This document shows, piece after piece, positions 1-10,327 of a stretch of 64,000 bases of DNA (positions within the stretch are counted from its first letter, which is position 1; each line of letters begins with the position of its first letter). This DNA is from Desulfatiglandales bacterium (GTDB taxonomy: Bacteria > Desulfobacterota > DSM-4660 > Desulfatiglandales > HGW-15), in NCBI GenBank assembly GCA_963667015.2, contig CAXXJJ010000004.1, positions 2,016,001-2,080,000 on the forward strand. The letters are read 5' to 3'. The translations under genes and the position numbers were made by a program. The notes under the pieces were generated by a model. That model did not search any database, was not told where the DNA came from, and saw only the letters and a list, made by a program, of their open reading frames with translations.

Positions 1-195
1 GAAGAGATGGGAAAACAGACAGGTGTTGATATTGAGAGGGGAAAAAACACCTATCCCTCCATCTACGGCATGGAAAAATCCAAAATAATGCTAAAAGAAA
101 TTATTGATGATGCTATCGATATGCTGTCTGCATTTGAGGATAAGGCAGAGCCCTTAAGGCAGATAGCAGTTTATATAATTGAGAGAAAAAAATAA
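1..195 (+). CDS. ispA: Polyprenyl (farnesyl-diphosphate) synthase, C-terminal fragment, truncated by window edge
   Basis: GKQTGVD...GKNTYP is the C-terminal motif of FPP synthases; the frame is open from base 1; the stop overlaps the dxs start (conserved ispA-dxs order). Confidence 0.85.
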   Translation, partial: EEMGKQTGVDIERGKNTYPSIYGMEKSKIMLKEIIDDAIDMLSAFEDKAEPLRQIAVYIIERKK

Positions 196-2090
196 TGACA
201 GAAAGTAATAAAGAAAGTCTTCTTCAAACCATCAACAACCCGGATGATTTAAAAAAGCTGTCAATTGACAAGCTCGATCAGCTGAGTGAAGAGATAAGGG
301 AGCTGATAATCAGGACGGTCTCCTGCACAGGCGGGCACCTTGCCCCCAGCCTCGGTGTAGTTGAGCTTACCATTGCCCTGCACTATGTATTTAATACACC
401 CGCTGACAAGATTATCTGGGATGTCGGTCACCAGTCCTACACCCACAAGATACTAACCGAAAGAAAAGACAAGTTTAGCACTATTCGTACATATGGCGGA
501 TTGAGCGGATTTCCAAAAAGGTCGGAAAGCCCCTATGACTCATTTGATACAGGACACAGCAGTACATCCATTTCAGCAGGCCTTGGAATAAGCACTGCAA
601 AGGCCTTAAAGGGAGAAAAATCAAAGGTCCTGGCCGTGATAGGCGACGGCTCAATGACCGGCGGTATGGCCTTTGAAGGGCTCAACCAGGCAGGTGATAC
701 GGAAAAAGATCTTATTGTCGTCCTTAACGACAATGAGATGTCAATAGCTCCTAATGTAGGGGCTATTTCTTCCTTTCTGAGCAGAAAAATGTCAGGAAGA
801 AAATTTGTAAGCCTTAAAAGGGACATGGAAAATTTCATAAAATCCGTTCCGGGTTTTGGAGAAAGATTCCTCACGCTGTTCAGAAAAAGTGAAGATTCCC
901 TTATTACCTTTTTTACACCGGGCATGCTTTTTGAGGCATTCAAGTTCAAATATATCGGCCCGATCCAGGGACACCGCTTTGACATGCTTATTGAGACATT
1001 TAATAATGTCAAAAACCTTGAAGGGCCGATACTTGTCCATGTTCTGACTAAAAAGGGAAAGGGCTACAGCCCTGCTGAAAAAAATCCTGCCCATTACCAT
1101 GGAGTGGGCTGCTTCGAGGTTGAAACAGGTTCACCCCAGAAAAAGACAGGTAAAAGTAATCCCACATATACAAAGATCTTTGGCAAAACCATGTTAGAGC
1201 TTGCAGCAAAGGATGACAAAATTTTTGCCATTACTGCTGCCATGCCCGAAGGCACGGGGCTCAATGATTTCGCTAAAAAATATCCGGAACGTTTTCTTGA
1301 CGCTGGTATTGCCGAGCAGCACGCTGTTACCTTTGCGGCCGGTCTTGCTACCGAAGGCTTCAAGCCTGTAGTTGCCATCTATTCAACCTTTCTACAGAGG
1401 GCCTTTGATCAGATTATACATGATGTATGCCTGACTAACCAGCATGTTGTATTCTGCCTGGACAGAGGAGGCCTTGTAGGAGAAGACGGCCCAACCCATC
1501 ACGGGTATTTCGATTTAACATATCTAAGAAGCCTGCCCAACATGACAGTCATGGCGCCAAAGGACGAAAATGAACTCCGCCACATGCTGTACAGCGCACT
1601 CCAGCACAATGGACCGGTGGCAATCAGATACCCACGGGGAGAAGGTATGGGTGTTGCACTGGATGAGGATTACAGGCTCATCCCCTTTGAAAACAGTGCT
1701 GAGATCCTTACCGAAGGAGACGACATTGTGATCGCCGCCCTTGGAAGCATGGTATATCCGGCGTTTGAGGCTGCAGCAGCACTCAAGGATGAAGGTATTT
1801 CTGCCAGCGTAATAAACTGCCGAACCGTCAGCCCCCTTGATAAAAAGATTATTGAACTTGCTCAGAATACGGGTAAAATTCTTATTGTTGAAGAAAACAT
1901 AAGGAACGGTGGCCTGGGCGGTGCAGTGCTGGAGGCCCTTGAAGATGCAGAAATGTACTCGGTCAAGACAAGACGGCTTGGCCTGCCGAACAGATTTGTT
2001 GAGCATGGCCCCCTTTCCCTTTTAAGGGAAAAATACGGACTGGATAAAACAGGGATAATAAAAGAAGCCAGGATACTGCTGGAAAAATAA
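195..2090 (+). CDS. dxs: 1-deoxy-D-xylulose-5-phosphate synthase
   Basis: [27 protein letters not shown] motif [30 protein letters not shown]. Confidence 0.98.
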   Translation: MTESNKESLLQTINNPDDLKKLSIDKLDQLSEEIRELIIRTVSCTGGHLAPSLGVVELTIALHYVFNTPADKIIWDVGHQSYTHKILTERKDKFSTIRTYGGLSGFPKRSESPYDSFDTGHSSTSISAGLGISTAKALKGEKSKVLAVIGDGSMTGGMAFEGLNQAGDTEKDLIVVLNDNEMSIAPNVGAISSFLSRKMSGRKFVSLKRDMENFIKSVPGFGERFLTLFRKSEDSLITFFTPGMLFEAFKFKYIGPIQGHRFDMLIETFNNVKNLEGPILVHVLTKKGKGYSPAEKNPAHYHGVGCFEVETGSPQKKTGKSNPTYTKIFGKTMLELAAKDDKIFAITAAMPEGTGLNDFAKKYPERFLDAGIAEQHAVTFAAGLATEGFKPVVAIYSTFLQRAFDQIIHDVCLTNQHVVFCLDRGGLVGEDGPTHHGYFDLTYLRSLPNMTVMAPKDENELRHMLYSALQHNGPVAIRYPRGEGMGVALDEDYRLIPFENSAEILTEGDDIVIAALGSMVYPAFEAAAALKDEGISASVINCRTVSPLDKKIIELAQNTGKILIVEENIRNGGLGGAVLEALEDAEMYSVKTRRLGLPNRFVEHGPLSLLREKYGLDKTGIIKEARILLEK

Positions 2091-2093
2091 TTT

Positions 2094-2876
2094 TTGGAAA
2101 AGATTATTTCAAAAAAGAAAATCAGGCTCGACCAGCTCATCGTTCAGAAGGGGCTGGTTGAAAGCCGTGAAAAGGCAAAGGCAATAATCATGGCAGGCGA
2201 TGTCATGGTTGACGGCATCAGGGCAGATAAACCCGGGCACAGCTTCCCCGAAGATTGTGAAATCATCCTTAAAACCGAATCTATTCCCTATGTCAGCAGA
2301 GGAGGCCTGAAACTTGAGGCTGCCATAGAGCATTTTAATATTGATACAAACGATCTTGTCATGCTCGATGTCGGTGCTTCCACAGGCGGATTTACAGACT
2401 GTCTCCTGCAAAATGGTGCAAAAAAGGTAATAGCAGTTGATGTTGGATACGGCCAGCTACACTGGAAGCTGAGACAGGATACCAGGGTTGTTGTCATTGA
2501 GAAAACAAATGCCAGGTACCTTGAGCCTGAACAGATAAACGATACCCCTGACGGAGCAGTTATAGACGTTTCATTCATTTCCCTGAAACTGATAATCCCT
2601 GTTATCTCAAAACTTCTTTCGGCGAACTCCTTTATTGCAGCCCTGATCAAACCCCAGTTTGAAGCAGGAAAAGATCAGGTCGGGAAAGGCGGAGTAGTAA
2701 GAGACGAAGAAACCCGCAAAAAAATAGTATCTGATATCAGGGAGTTCTGCATCAGCCAGGGATGGAGATCAGAAGGAGAAATTCCTTCTCCCATACTTGG
2801 GCCCAAAGGAAATAAGGAATTTCTGATTTACTTAACCCGGACAAACCTGTCCACTCCCGTAAACCCGTCTTTTTAA
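2094..2876 (+). CDS. tlyA: TlyA family rRNA 2'-O-methyltransferase (S4 + FtsJ-like)
   Basis: RLDQL S4 domain, YVSRGGLKL, DVGASTGGFTD, LIKPQFE, GPKGNKEF; follows dxs. Confidence 0.95.
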   Translation: MEKIISKKKIRLDQLIVQKGLVESREKAKAIIMAGDVMVDGIRADKPGHSFPEDCEIILKTESIPYVSRGGLKLEAAIEHFNIDTNDLVMLDVGASTGGFTDCLLQNGAKKVIAVDVGYGQLHWKLRQDTRVVVIEKTNARYLEPEQINDTPDGAVIDVSFISLKLIIPVISKLLSANSFIAALIKPQFEAGKDQVGKGGVVRDEETRKKIVSDIREFCISQGWRSEGEIPSPILGPKGNKEFLIYLTRTNLSTPVNPSF

Positions 2877-2890
2877 TGGAATTATAAATA

Positions 2891-2911
2891 ATTTCCGGGA
2901 CACCCGGAAAT
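2891..2911. terminator. Hairpin between convergent genes
   Basis: ATTTCCGGG-ACA-CCCGGAAAT, perfect 9-bp stem. Confidence 0.5.
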
Positions 2912-2961
2912 ATTCTCAGACCGGTTCACAGGATAGGAATGTCTGTTTAACAGAGAAGACT

Positions 2962-3237
2962 CTATCGACTGCCGCGCTTTGAAGCCTTAATAGGATTGAT
3001 TTTCTCTGCAGCCTTGGCTTCAACCTTGATATGGGTTGCCATATTGCAATTCCCGGAACGCCATTTCACAGCAGGATCAGGAAAACTGCTGCAGTACTTA
3101 CCGGTAGGGAACTCCTGTATTCTCTGACAACCTATACAGACATCAATAATCTGGTGGCATGAGCCGCCATTATATTGACACCCATCCTTCTTCATAAAAA
3201 AGCATTCTACGCCTTCTTTTATTGTGTTGCAAAGCAT
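2962..3237 (-). CDS. PxxKW family cysteine-rich small protein
   Basis: Multiple Cys, FPDPAVKWRSGNCNMATH, C-terminal KINPIKASKR. Confidence 0.8.
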   Translation of the reverse strand: MLCNTIKEGVECFFMKKDGCQYNGGSCHQIIDVCIGCQRIQEFPTGKYCSSFPDPAVKWRSGNCNMATHIKVEAKAAEKINPIKASKRGSR

Positions 3238-3431
3238 TATAATCTCAGCCTTTCAAAATTAGATTTTCAATAAAAATAAAAGCAATTTTCATGCCTCAAC
3301 CGGAAGATTTTGTCAAGAAAAAATAGTAATTTAATGATATTTCAACAAAACGCTTTATGAATCCTTTCAATAATGATAATCAGAAAACATTATTTTATGG
3401 ATAAAATTAATATATTCAGGAGTAAACCTAA

Positions 3432-4697
3432 TTGGTAAATGAATCATTTAAGCACGCCGGAAAGACAAACGGATTCTTTTACGGATATGTAATTGTTATT
3501 GCTTCATTTTTTATGCAGGTCCTTGGCCTGGGGATGTTTAACAGCTTCGGTGTATTTGTTAACCCTCTGGTTTCGGAATTTGACTGGTCAAGGGCCTCTC
3601 TTACCGGGGCAGTATCATTTGTATATGTAGTTGCGGCACTAGTCAGCATTTTACTTGGAAGACTGAACGACAGGTTTGGTCCAAGGCTCATTATGACCAT
3701 ATGCGGTATAATATTAGGACTTGGTTATCTGCTGATGTCAAAGGTCTGGTCCATATGGTCATTCTACATCTTCTGCTGTATTTTTATTGGAATAGGGATC
3801 GCTGGTATCGATGTTGTACTCCTTTCAACAGTCGCACGCTGGTTTATTAAAAAAAGAGGGATAATGACCGGCATAGTAAAGGTAGGAACCGGTGTCGGGA
3901 TGCTTGTTATGCCTATACTTATTAACAGGCTTGTATCCGTTTATGGATGGCGCACCACGCTCATGATTATGGGGGGTATAGCCCTTATCCTGTTCTTTAT
4001 ATTCGCACATTTTCTATTCAGAGATCCTTCGCAGAAAGGCCTTGCCCCGGATGGTCAGCAGCATATCTCCACAGTTAAAGACTGGCATGTTGAAAAAGGG
4101 CTCACCTTTAAAGAAGCCCTGAAAACCAGGCAGTTTTATACAATTGCCATTGTATATACCCTGTTTTATACCTGTTCAAACACAATGATGATACACATAG
4201 TTCCCCATGGTATTGACCTTGGACTTTCAGCCGCAAACGCCGCCAAGATACTTTCAACGCTTGGAGCGCTGAGCATTGCCGGAAGATTTCTCATGGGTAT
4301 TGCAGGTGACAGGATGGGTAATATCAGGGCTATGGTCATCTGTTTTATTGTCCTTTTCACCGGACTCACATGGCTCCAGTTTTCTCATAATATGTGGATG
4401 CTGATTATCTTTGCCATAGTACACGGCTTTGCACATGGCGGAGTATTTTCCGTTATATCACCAATTCTCGCCGAACTGTTCGGTACTGTGTCCCACGGTT
4501 TGATTTTTGGAATTATGGCCTTTGTCTCCTCAATAGGAGGATTTATCGGACCCGTGATGGCAGGATATCTTTTTGACAGTAGAGGCTCATATGGAATAGC
4601 ATTTATGGCACTGGCAACCTTGAGTTTTACAGGCCTCATTGCAGCGCTGACTCTTAAACCTGTCGATAAAAGAAGGAGTTCTTCCAATGGATTATAG
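3432..4697 (+). CDS. MFS transporter (MCT/OFA-like)
   Basis: About 12 hydrophobic segments, GRLNDRFGPR and GDRMG MFS motif A; TTG start preceded by AGGAG. Confidence 0.9.
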   Translation: MVNESFKHAGKTNGFFYGYVIVIASFFMQVLGLGMFNSFGVFVNPLVSEFDWSRASLTGAVSFVYVVAALVSILLGRLNDRFGPRLIMTICGIILGLGYLLMSKVWSIWSFYIFCCIFIGIGIAGIDVVLLSTVARWFIKKRGIMTGIVKVGTGVGMLVMPILINRLVSVYGWRTTLMIMGGIALILFFIFAHFLFRDPSQKGLAPDGQQHISTVKDWHVEKGLTFKEALKTRQFYTIAIVYTLFYTCSNTMMIHIVPHGIDLGLSAANAAKILSTLGALSIAGRFLMGIAGDRMGNIRAMVICFIVLFTGLTWLQFSHNMWMLIIFAIVHGFAHGGVFSVISPILAELFGTVSHGLIFGIMAFVSSIGGFIGPVMAGYLFDSRGSYGIAFMALATLSFTGLIAALTLKPVDKRRSSSNGL

Positions 4698-5424
4698 CGA
4701 TCTGCTGGATCTGGCAAAAAAAAGAAGAAGTATTAGACGGTTTAAACCGGATCTCATTCCGGATGAAGATATCGAAAAAATAATTGAAGTAGCCCGCTGG
4801 GCGCCTTCAGGTTTCAATATGCAGCCATGGGAGTTTGTTATTATTAAAAAGCCTGAACTGAAGACTAAAATAGTTGATTTTATAAATGAAATCAGACCGC
4901 TAACCAGAAACATGGAACAGACACGGGAAGAATGGATGGGCAAACCATGGCGCATGAAAGGCCTTACAGAAAAAAATATGGACTATACCACCGCTCCTGT
5001 CTACATTCTTTTACTGGGCGATCCCAGAACAAATGATGGTCTTCCAATGTTCATAAGGCGGGATGACAATAGCAGGCGAATAATATATTATTCAGGGCTT
5101 GCAAACGCATTTATGTATATGCATCTTGCTGCAACCACTCTGGGCATTGGAACCCAATGGGTATCAATAACCCATTCAGGATATGTCCAGTCCATGATAA
5201 AAGAGCTGCTTGGAATCCCGTCCGAGCTGGAAATATTTGACATGATTGCCCTGGGTTATCCCCAAATGACACCCAGACCCAAACTGATGCGAAACCGCGA
5301 GGAGATGATTCATTATGATGACAAAGGCCCCGATGGTTACAGAAGCATTGAAGATACCAGAGAATTTATAAAACGAGCAAGAAACTGGAACGTAGGCTCC
5401 CACAGTAGAGGACCTGATAAGTAA
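4687..5424 (+). CDS. Nitroreductase-family flavoprotein
   Basis: RRSIRRF, APSGFNMQPWEF, LAATTLGIGTQW, ALGYP. Confidence 0.9.
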   Translation: MDYSDLLDLAKKRRSIRRFKPDLIPDEDIEKIIEVARWAPSGFNMQPWEFVIIKKPELKTKIVDFINEIRPLTRNMEQTREEWMGKPWRMKGLTEKNMDYTTAPVYILLLGDPRTNDGLPMFIRRDDNSRRIIYYSGLANAFMYMHLAATTLGIGTQWVSITHSGYVQSMIKELLGIPSELEIFDMIALGYPQMTPRPKLMRNREEMIHYDDKGPDGYRSIEDTREFIKRARNWNVGSHSRGPDK

Positions 5425-5526
5425 CATATCTTAAACTCTGATTTTACAGTTAAACAACAGCATGAATGCAATCTAAAAATATTGCTGTTCCTGCGCCTGT
5501 AAAATCCGGATTAAAAGGACTCGTAT

Positions 5527-7458
5527 ATGAGTAATTACGGATATGCAGGTGAGATACTAAAGGTAGATTTATCCCACAGGTCAGTCAAAAAGCTTGTTAC
5601 TTCTGATTATGCGGATCGCTTCCTGGGCGGCAGGGGAACTGGTGCAAAACTGTACTGGGATGAAACATCTCCTGACACAAGAGCCCTTGCCCCGGATAAT
5701 TGTATAGTCTGTACAACCGGACCAATAGCGGGATTTATCGGATATGCAGGATGCCGATGGCAGATGTGCGGGAAATCGCCTGCCATGGAACCTGAATCAT
5801 TTTCATATGCCAACTTTGGCGGAAGCTGGGGCACATGGCTCAAATATGCCGGATTTGACGGAATTGTCATTACAGGAAAGAGCGAAATACCTTCATGGGT
5901 ACTCATCAGAGAAGACAACATCGATATAAATGATGCAACCCATCTCTGGGGCAAGACCACCAATGAAACTGAGGATTATTTCAAAAACACACTTGGAAAA
6001 GAGGCCCGTGTGATGTGCATAGGGCCGGCAGGAGAGAACCTTGTCACCTTTTCCGTGGTGATGGCATCTGATAATGCAACCGGTTCAGGCGGATTTGGCA
6101 GCGTCATGGGGTCAAAAAATCTGAAGGCAGTGGTAATACTGATCGATAAAAAGAAAAAATCCGTGGCTTTCGATCCTAAAACTCTTAAAGACCTTTCGAA
6201 CAGGGTATATAAACTTAGAACAGAAAACTATGAAAACTATGGACATGTTGAGATTGACAGAAAACGACTCAAGGCCTGTTACGGCTGCATAAGCGGATGT
6301 GACAGGCAGGAGTTTCCCGATGAAACAGGAAGAAAATACAAACACTTCTGTCAGGCAGCGGCAGTTTATATCGAACATGCCATCGAATACAACGGTCTTG
6401 AAAGCGGCCTGCAGGTAAACAAGATTGCCAACAGGCTGAGTGACCAGTATGGACTGGATACAGCAGTGCTGATGCCTCTTTTTGACTGGCTTTCATCCTG
6501 CTATAAGGCCGGGATACTTACTGAAGAAGAAACAGGCCTCCCCCTATCAAAAATAGGAAGTCTGGAGTTTATTAAGGAACTGGTTGATAAAATCAGCTAC
6601 AGGAAAGGATTCGGGAATATACTGGCAGACGGAACAATAAAGGCAGCTGAATCGGTGGGCAGGGGATCAGAAAAGTTCTTAAGCGCTGTAATCGGTACAA
6701 GGGCAAACGAGACCAGGGATTATGACCCCAGATATATGCTTGTAAATGCCCTTATCTACGCCTTTGAGCCCAGGAGGGCAATTCAACTGCTTCATGCCAC
6801 ATCGCTTGTTATAGCCAGATGGCAGAACAATATTGATGGATTTGAAGATGCATTTATATCACCGAATAAATTCAAGGAAATAGCAAAGGAGTACTGGGGC
6901 AGCATTGAGTCCGGAGATTTTGGAACACTTGAGGGCAAGGCCCTGGCAGCCAAAAAAATACAGGACTATGGATATATGAAGGAGAGTCTTGTTATCTGCG
7001 ATCTGGCATGGCCGATATATCCGGTAAAATACAAGACGGATGATTCCGGATTTTCCGGCGTTGAGTGTAAGATTCTTTCAGCCATTACAGGAAAAAATAC
7101 GGATGAAGCTGCCTTCAACCTGATCGGAGAAAGGATATTCAACCTTCAAAGGGCAATCATGGTAAGACAGGGCACCGGAGGGATAAAGGGCGATACGATA
7201 TTGGACTTTTACCACAGGGAACCCCTTGACAGTATGTTTAAAAATCCCGAATGCATTGCCCCGGGAAAGGGCAGAGATCTGATTTCAAGAAAAGGGGCGA
7301 TTCTTGATAAAAAAGATTTTGAAAAACTAAGGGATGAATATTACACCCTCAGGGGATGGGACGTGGAAACAGGTTTTCAGACATATGCAAAACTAAAGGA
7401 GCTTGATCTGGAAGACATCGCTCAGCACCTGGATAAACTTGGACTTCTCAAGGATTAA
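5527..7458 (+). CDS. Aldehyde:ferredoxin oxidoreductase family (W/Mo-pterin) enzyme
   Basis: GYAGEILKVDL, FLGGRG, CIGPAGE, VMGSKNLKAV, CxxCxxxC (CYGCISGC), GLDT, GERIFNLQR, YYTLRGWD. Confidence 0.93.
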   Translation: MSNYGYAGEILKVDLSHRSVKKLVTSDYADRFLGGRGTGAKLYWDETSPDTRALAPDNCIVCTTGPIAGFIGYAGCRWQMCGKSPAMEPESFSYANFGGSWGTWLKYAGFDGIVITGKSEIPSWVLIREDNIDINDATHLWGKTTNETEDYFKNTLGKEARVMCIGPAGENLVTFSVVMASDNATGSGGFGSVMGSKNLKAVVILIDKKKKSVAFDPKTLKDLSNRVYKLRTENYENYGHVEIDRKRLKACYGCISGCDRQEFPDETGRKYKHFCQAAAVYIEHAIEYNGLESGLQVNKIANRLSDQYGLDTAVLMPLFDWLSSCYKAGILTEEETGLPLSKIGSLEFIKELVDKISYRKGFGNILADGTIKAAESVGRGSEKFLSAVIGTRANETRDYDPRYMLVNALIYAFEPRRAIQLLHATSLVIARWQNNIDGFEDAFISPNKFKEIAKEYWGSIESGDFGTLEGKALAAKKIQDYGYMKESLVICDLAWPIYPVKYKTDDSGFSGVECKILSAITGKNTDEAAFNLIGERIFNLQRAIMVRQGTGGIKGDTILDFYHREPLDSMFKNPECIAPGKGRDLISRKGAILDKKDFEKLRDEYYTLRGWDVETGFQTYAKLKELDLEDIAQHLDKLGLLKD

Positions 7459-7470
7459 TATAGGATACAA

Positions 7471-8637
7471 ATGCCTGAAAAAAACAGACTGACACTTTTC
7501 GTACTCCTCTCTGCTGCAACACTTACGGTAATGACTGGTGCTATTATATCTCCGGTCCAGAATCTTATCAGGGATGGGCTGGGAATAGATGCTGCATACG
7601 CCGGTTTAATTATAACAACCCATGGTCTTTTCATGGCTATCTTCAGTCCCTTTATGGGAAGCCTGATTGACAGAAAGGGTGTAAGAGGCCCTTTTATTGC
7701 GGGACTGTATTTATTCGGAATCGCCGGAGGGTCGGGGCTTTTAATCAATTCATACTGGCCATTGATTACAAGCAGGGCGGTTATGGGAATTGCGCTATCC
7801 GGTATTTTCACATGCATCAATGTAATCATTTTAAATACATATGAAGGAGAAAGAAGGGATAAGGTAATGGGTTGGCGAGGCAGCGCTCAAAGCCTGGGAG
7901 GTATAATATGGCCGCCTCTCGGGGGACTCCTGGGAGACATGTCATGGCACCTGCCCTTCTCAATTTACCTGTTTGCCATTCCATTGGGTATAACCGCATA
8001 TACAGCGATAAAAAACCCGGTAACATATGACAGAAAAAATTTTCAACCAGAGGAAGACATCTCCATTTTCACTATTACAAAGAACAACCCGGTAATTTTA
8101 ATTATCTTCGGGCTGGTGTTTTTTTCCAGCTTTCAACTCTATGCAATAGTCATCCATATTCCACAGCTGCTTGAACTGTTTGGCGTAACAAGTTCATTAA
8201 AAATCAGCTCTTACATTGTCTCAATGGCAACAGCAGCTGGCTTAATGTCACTTATCTATGGTAAAATAAGAGTCAGATTATCATACCATGCGATTTCAAC
8301 AGTTGGCGTGTTAATGTGGGTAATTGTTTTTTATATAATATCAATAGCCCGGTCACAGCTTACAATCATGATATCCGTTTTTTTTCTAGGGGCCAGTCAG
8401 GGTATGATAATGCCTACAGTCATGGCCTGGATAGGAGAGGTAGTCCCGGCTTCATTCAGGGGCCGTTTCAGTTCCTATCTTGGCACCTTCGGATTTATGG
8501 GGCAGTTTCTATCGCCAATATTACTTGCGCCTGCATTGATTCATTTTGGGATAAGAAAAGTATTCACAGCTTCTTCTATTGTCGGTCTTGTCTGGCTTAT
8601 TATTCTTTTGCCCGGAATCGGAAAATCAGATAGATAA
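7471..8637 (+). CDS. MFS transporter (DHA1-like)
   Basis: About 12 TM segments, GSLIDRKGVR motif A, PPLGGLLG motif C-like. Confidence 0.88.
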   Translation: MPEKNRLTLFVLLSAATLTVMTGAIISPVQNLIRDGLGIDAAYAGLIITTHGLFMAIFSPFMGSLIDRKGVRGPFIAGLYLFGIAGGSGLLINSYWPLITSRAVMGIALSGIFTCINVIILNTYEGERRDKVMGWRGSAQSLGGIIWPPLGGLLGDMSWHLPFSIYLFAIPLGITAYTAIKNPVTYDRKNFQPEEDISIFTITKNNPVILIIFGLVFFSSFQLYAIVIHIPQLLELFGVTSSLKISSYIVSMATAAGLMSLIYGKIRVRLSYHAISTVGVLMWVIVFYIISIARSQLTIMISVFFLGASQGMIMPTVMAWIGEVVPASFRGRFSSYLGTFGFMGQFLSPILLAPALIHFGIRKVFTASSIVGLVWLIILLPGIGKSDR

Positions 8638-8991
8638 ACTGTACACATTTTAAACGCTAACGACTTGATATTTCGTTCTATTTCATATCAGCAAAGAAAC
8701 TGTGCGGCCTTTCACTCAACCTGATTTGCCTTGACTTTACAGCCATTTTATCATCAAATTATATTATATTTTGCAGCCTTAATAACCTTTTAGAGAGGCT
8801 AAAAAATGGGGAAAAATCTTAAACTGTGCATACCTCTCTCCTGACAGATGAAGTTACTTCTGCCAGGAGATTAATTTCCATAAAATTCATTTATTCCATA
8901 ACAGCAGTCTATTTCAATTCAGTTTTAAATAGACTCTGATCAACTTTAATTAAAAGGCTCTTTAACCGGCCATTTTGAAGGGAGGCAAGTT

Positions 8992-9435
8992 ATGGAAAGA
9001 TTGTTTAATAAAATATTATGCCCTACGGATTTCTCAGATTTATCCGGCCGTGCCATAAAAAAAGCTGCTGATTTCTCTGTTATGACGGGTTCTGAACTGT
9101 ACATCGCCCATGTAATAATTCAGCAAATGGCCGACATTTACGGCATGTCAGTGCACAGCGATTTCACTGACAGGGGAATTGTAAATATTGCAGAAGAAAA
9201 AGTCAGGGAATTTACTGACGAACTTTTAACAGATACTAATTATGAAGTAATCGTAAGAAATGACATACATATATACACAGGTATACTGGATATCGTTCAG
9301 GATAAAGGAATTGACCTCGTTATTATGGCGACACATGGAAGAAAAGGTATTAAAAGACGTCTGCTCGGGAGTGCCACCGAGGCGGTTATCAGGCATGCAG
9401 ACTGTTCAGTTCTTGCATTAAGAGATAAAGAATAA
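8992..9435 (+). CDS. Universal stress protein
   Basis: KILCPTDFS, DLVIMATHGRKG..LLGSATEAVIRHA; strong SD GGGAGG. Confidence 0.95.
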   Translation: MERLFNKILCPTDFSDLSGRAIKKAADFSVMTGSELYIAHVIIQQMADIYGMSVHSDFTDRGIVNIAEEKVREFTDELLTDTNYEVIVRNDIHIYTGILDIVQDKGIDLVIMATHGRKGIKRRLLGSATEAVIRHADCSVLALRDKE

Positions 9436-9591
9436 TATTTATTACATCCAATGGGGCCGACAATTTACAGTGACGGCCTCATTAGGATTCATGCCTTCGA
9501 TGTTTCTTTAAAGCAGGAATTTATAGATGACCCGTCACATATTTTCTGCTACTATTACTTTCCTTTGTAAACCTGAAACAGTGATTAACAA

Positions 9592-10314
9592 ATGATTCGA
9601 TCATTCTTTATAATACTATGGATTATTATCAGCACATTTGTAATGGGGCTTGCAGCTATCGTTGTATCTTTATTTTCACGAACAGGCAACGGGGCACATA
9701 TAATAGGCAGATGGTGGTCAAAATCCATTCTCCGGATTTCAGGCATAAAGATTAATACAAAGGGTCTGGAAAACCTTCTTCCAGATAAACCGCTTGTTTT
9801 CATGTGCAATCACCAGAGCAACTTCGATATTCTTGTGCTCTTTTCGGCACTTCCTGCACAATTCAGATGGATAGCAAAGGCAGAACTTTTTAAAATACCC
9901 ATTTTTGGGCAGGCCATGCGCGGAGCAGGATATATAAGTATAGAGAGGAAAGACAGAAGAAAGGCAATTATGAGTTTAAGGAAGGCGGCAGAACGGATCA
10001 GGTCCGGGGTATCAGTAATGATATTTCCCGAGGGGACGCGAAGTCCGGATGGAAATATAGGAGAATTTAAAAAGGGCGGATTCGTCCTTGCCTTTGACGC
10101 GGGTGTTCCCATTACACCGATAGTGCTCAATGGAACATGGTCAATAATGTCGAAGGATTCATTCAGGATAAAACCGGGAAATGTGACTCTCTCGGTATTA
10201 CCGGCAGTTAATGTTGCGGATTACGGCAAGGCAGATAAACTTAAACTTATTGAGGATGTGCGGGGAAAAATCCTGGATGCATTTGAAAATAATAAAATAC
10301 CGGAAGATAAATAA
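9592..10314 (+). CDS. plsC: 1-acyl-sn-glycerol-3-phosphate acyltransferase
   Basis: NHQSNFD (HX4D), FPEGTRS, FKKGGF. Confidence 0.93.
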   Translation: MIRSFFIILWIIISTFVMGLAAIVVSLFSRTGNGAHIIGRWWSKSILRISGIKINTKGLENLLPDKPLVFMCNHQSNFDILVLFSALPAQFRWIAKAELFKIPIFGQAMRGAGYISIERKDRRKAIMSLRKAAERIRSGVSVMIFPEGTRSPDGNIGEFKKGGFVLAFDAGVPITPIVLNGTWSIMSKDSFRIKPGNVTLSVLPAVNVADYGKADKLKLIEDVRGKILDAFENNKIPEDK

Positions 10315-10327
10315 AACAGGTGACTAA

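Noticed and set aside
8639..8673. att/arm-site-like sequence at the edge of the AOR block
   Set aside because: No partner repeat, tRNA or integrase nearby
8806..8874. Selenocysteine read-through of the uORF TGA
   Set aside because: The hairpin spans the TGA rather than following it like a SECIS; no redox motif results
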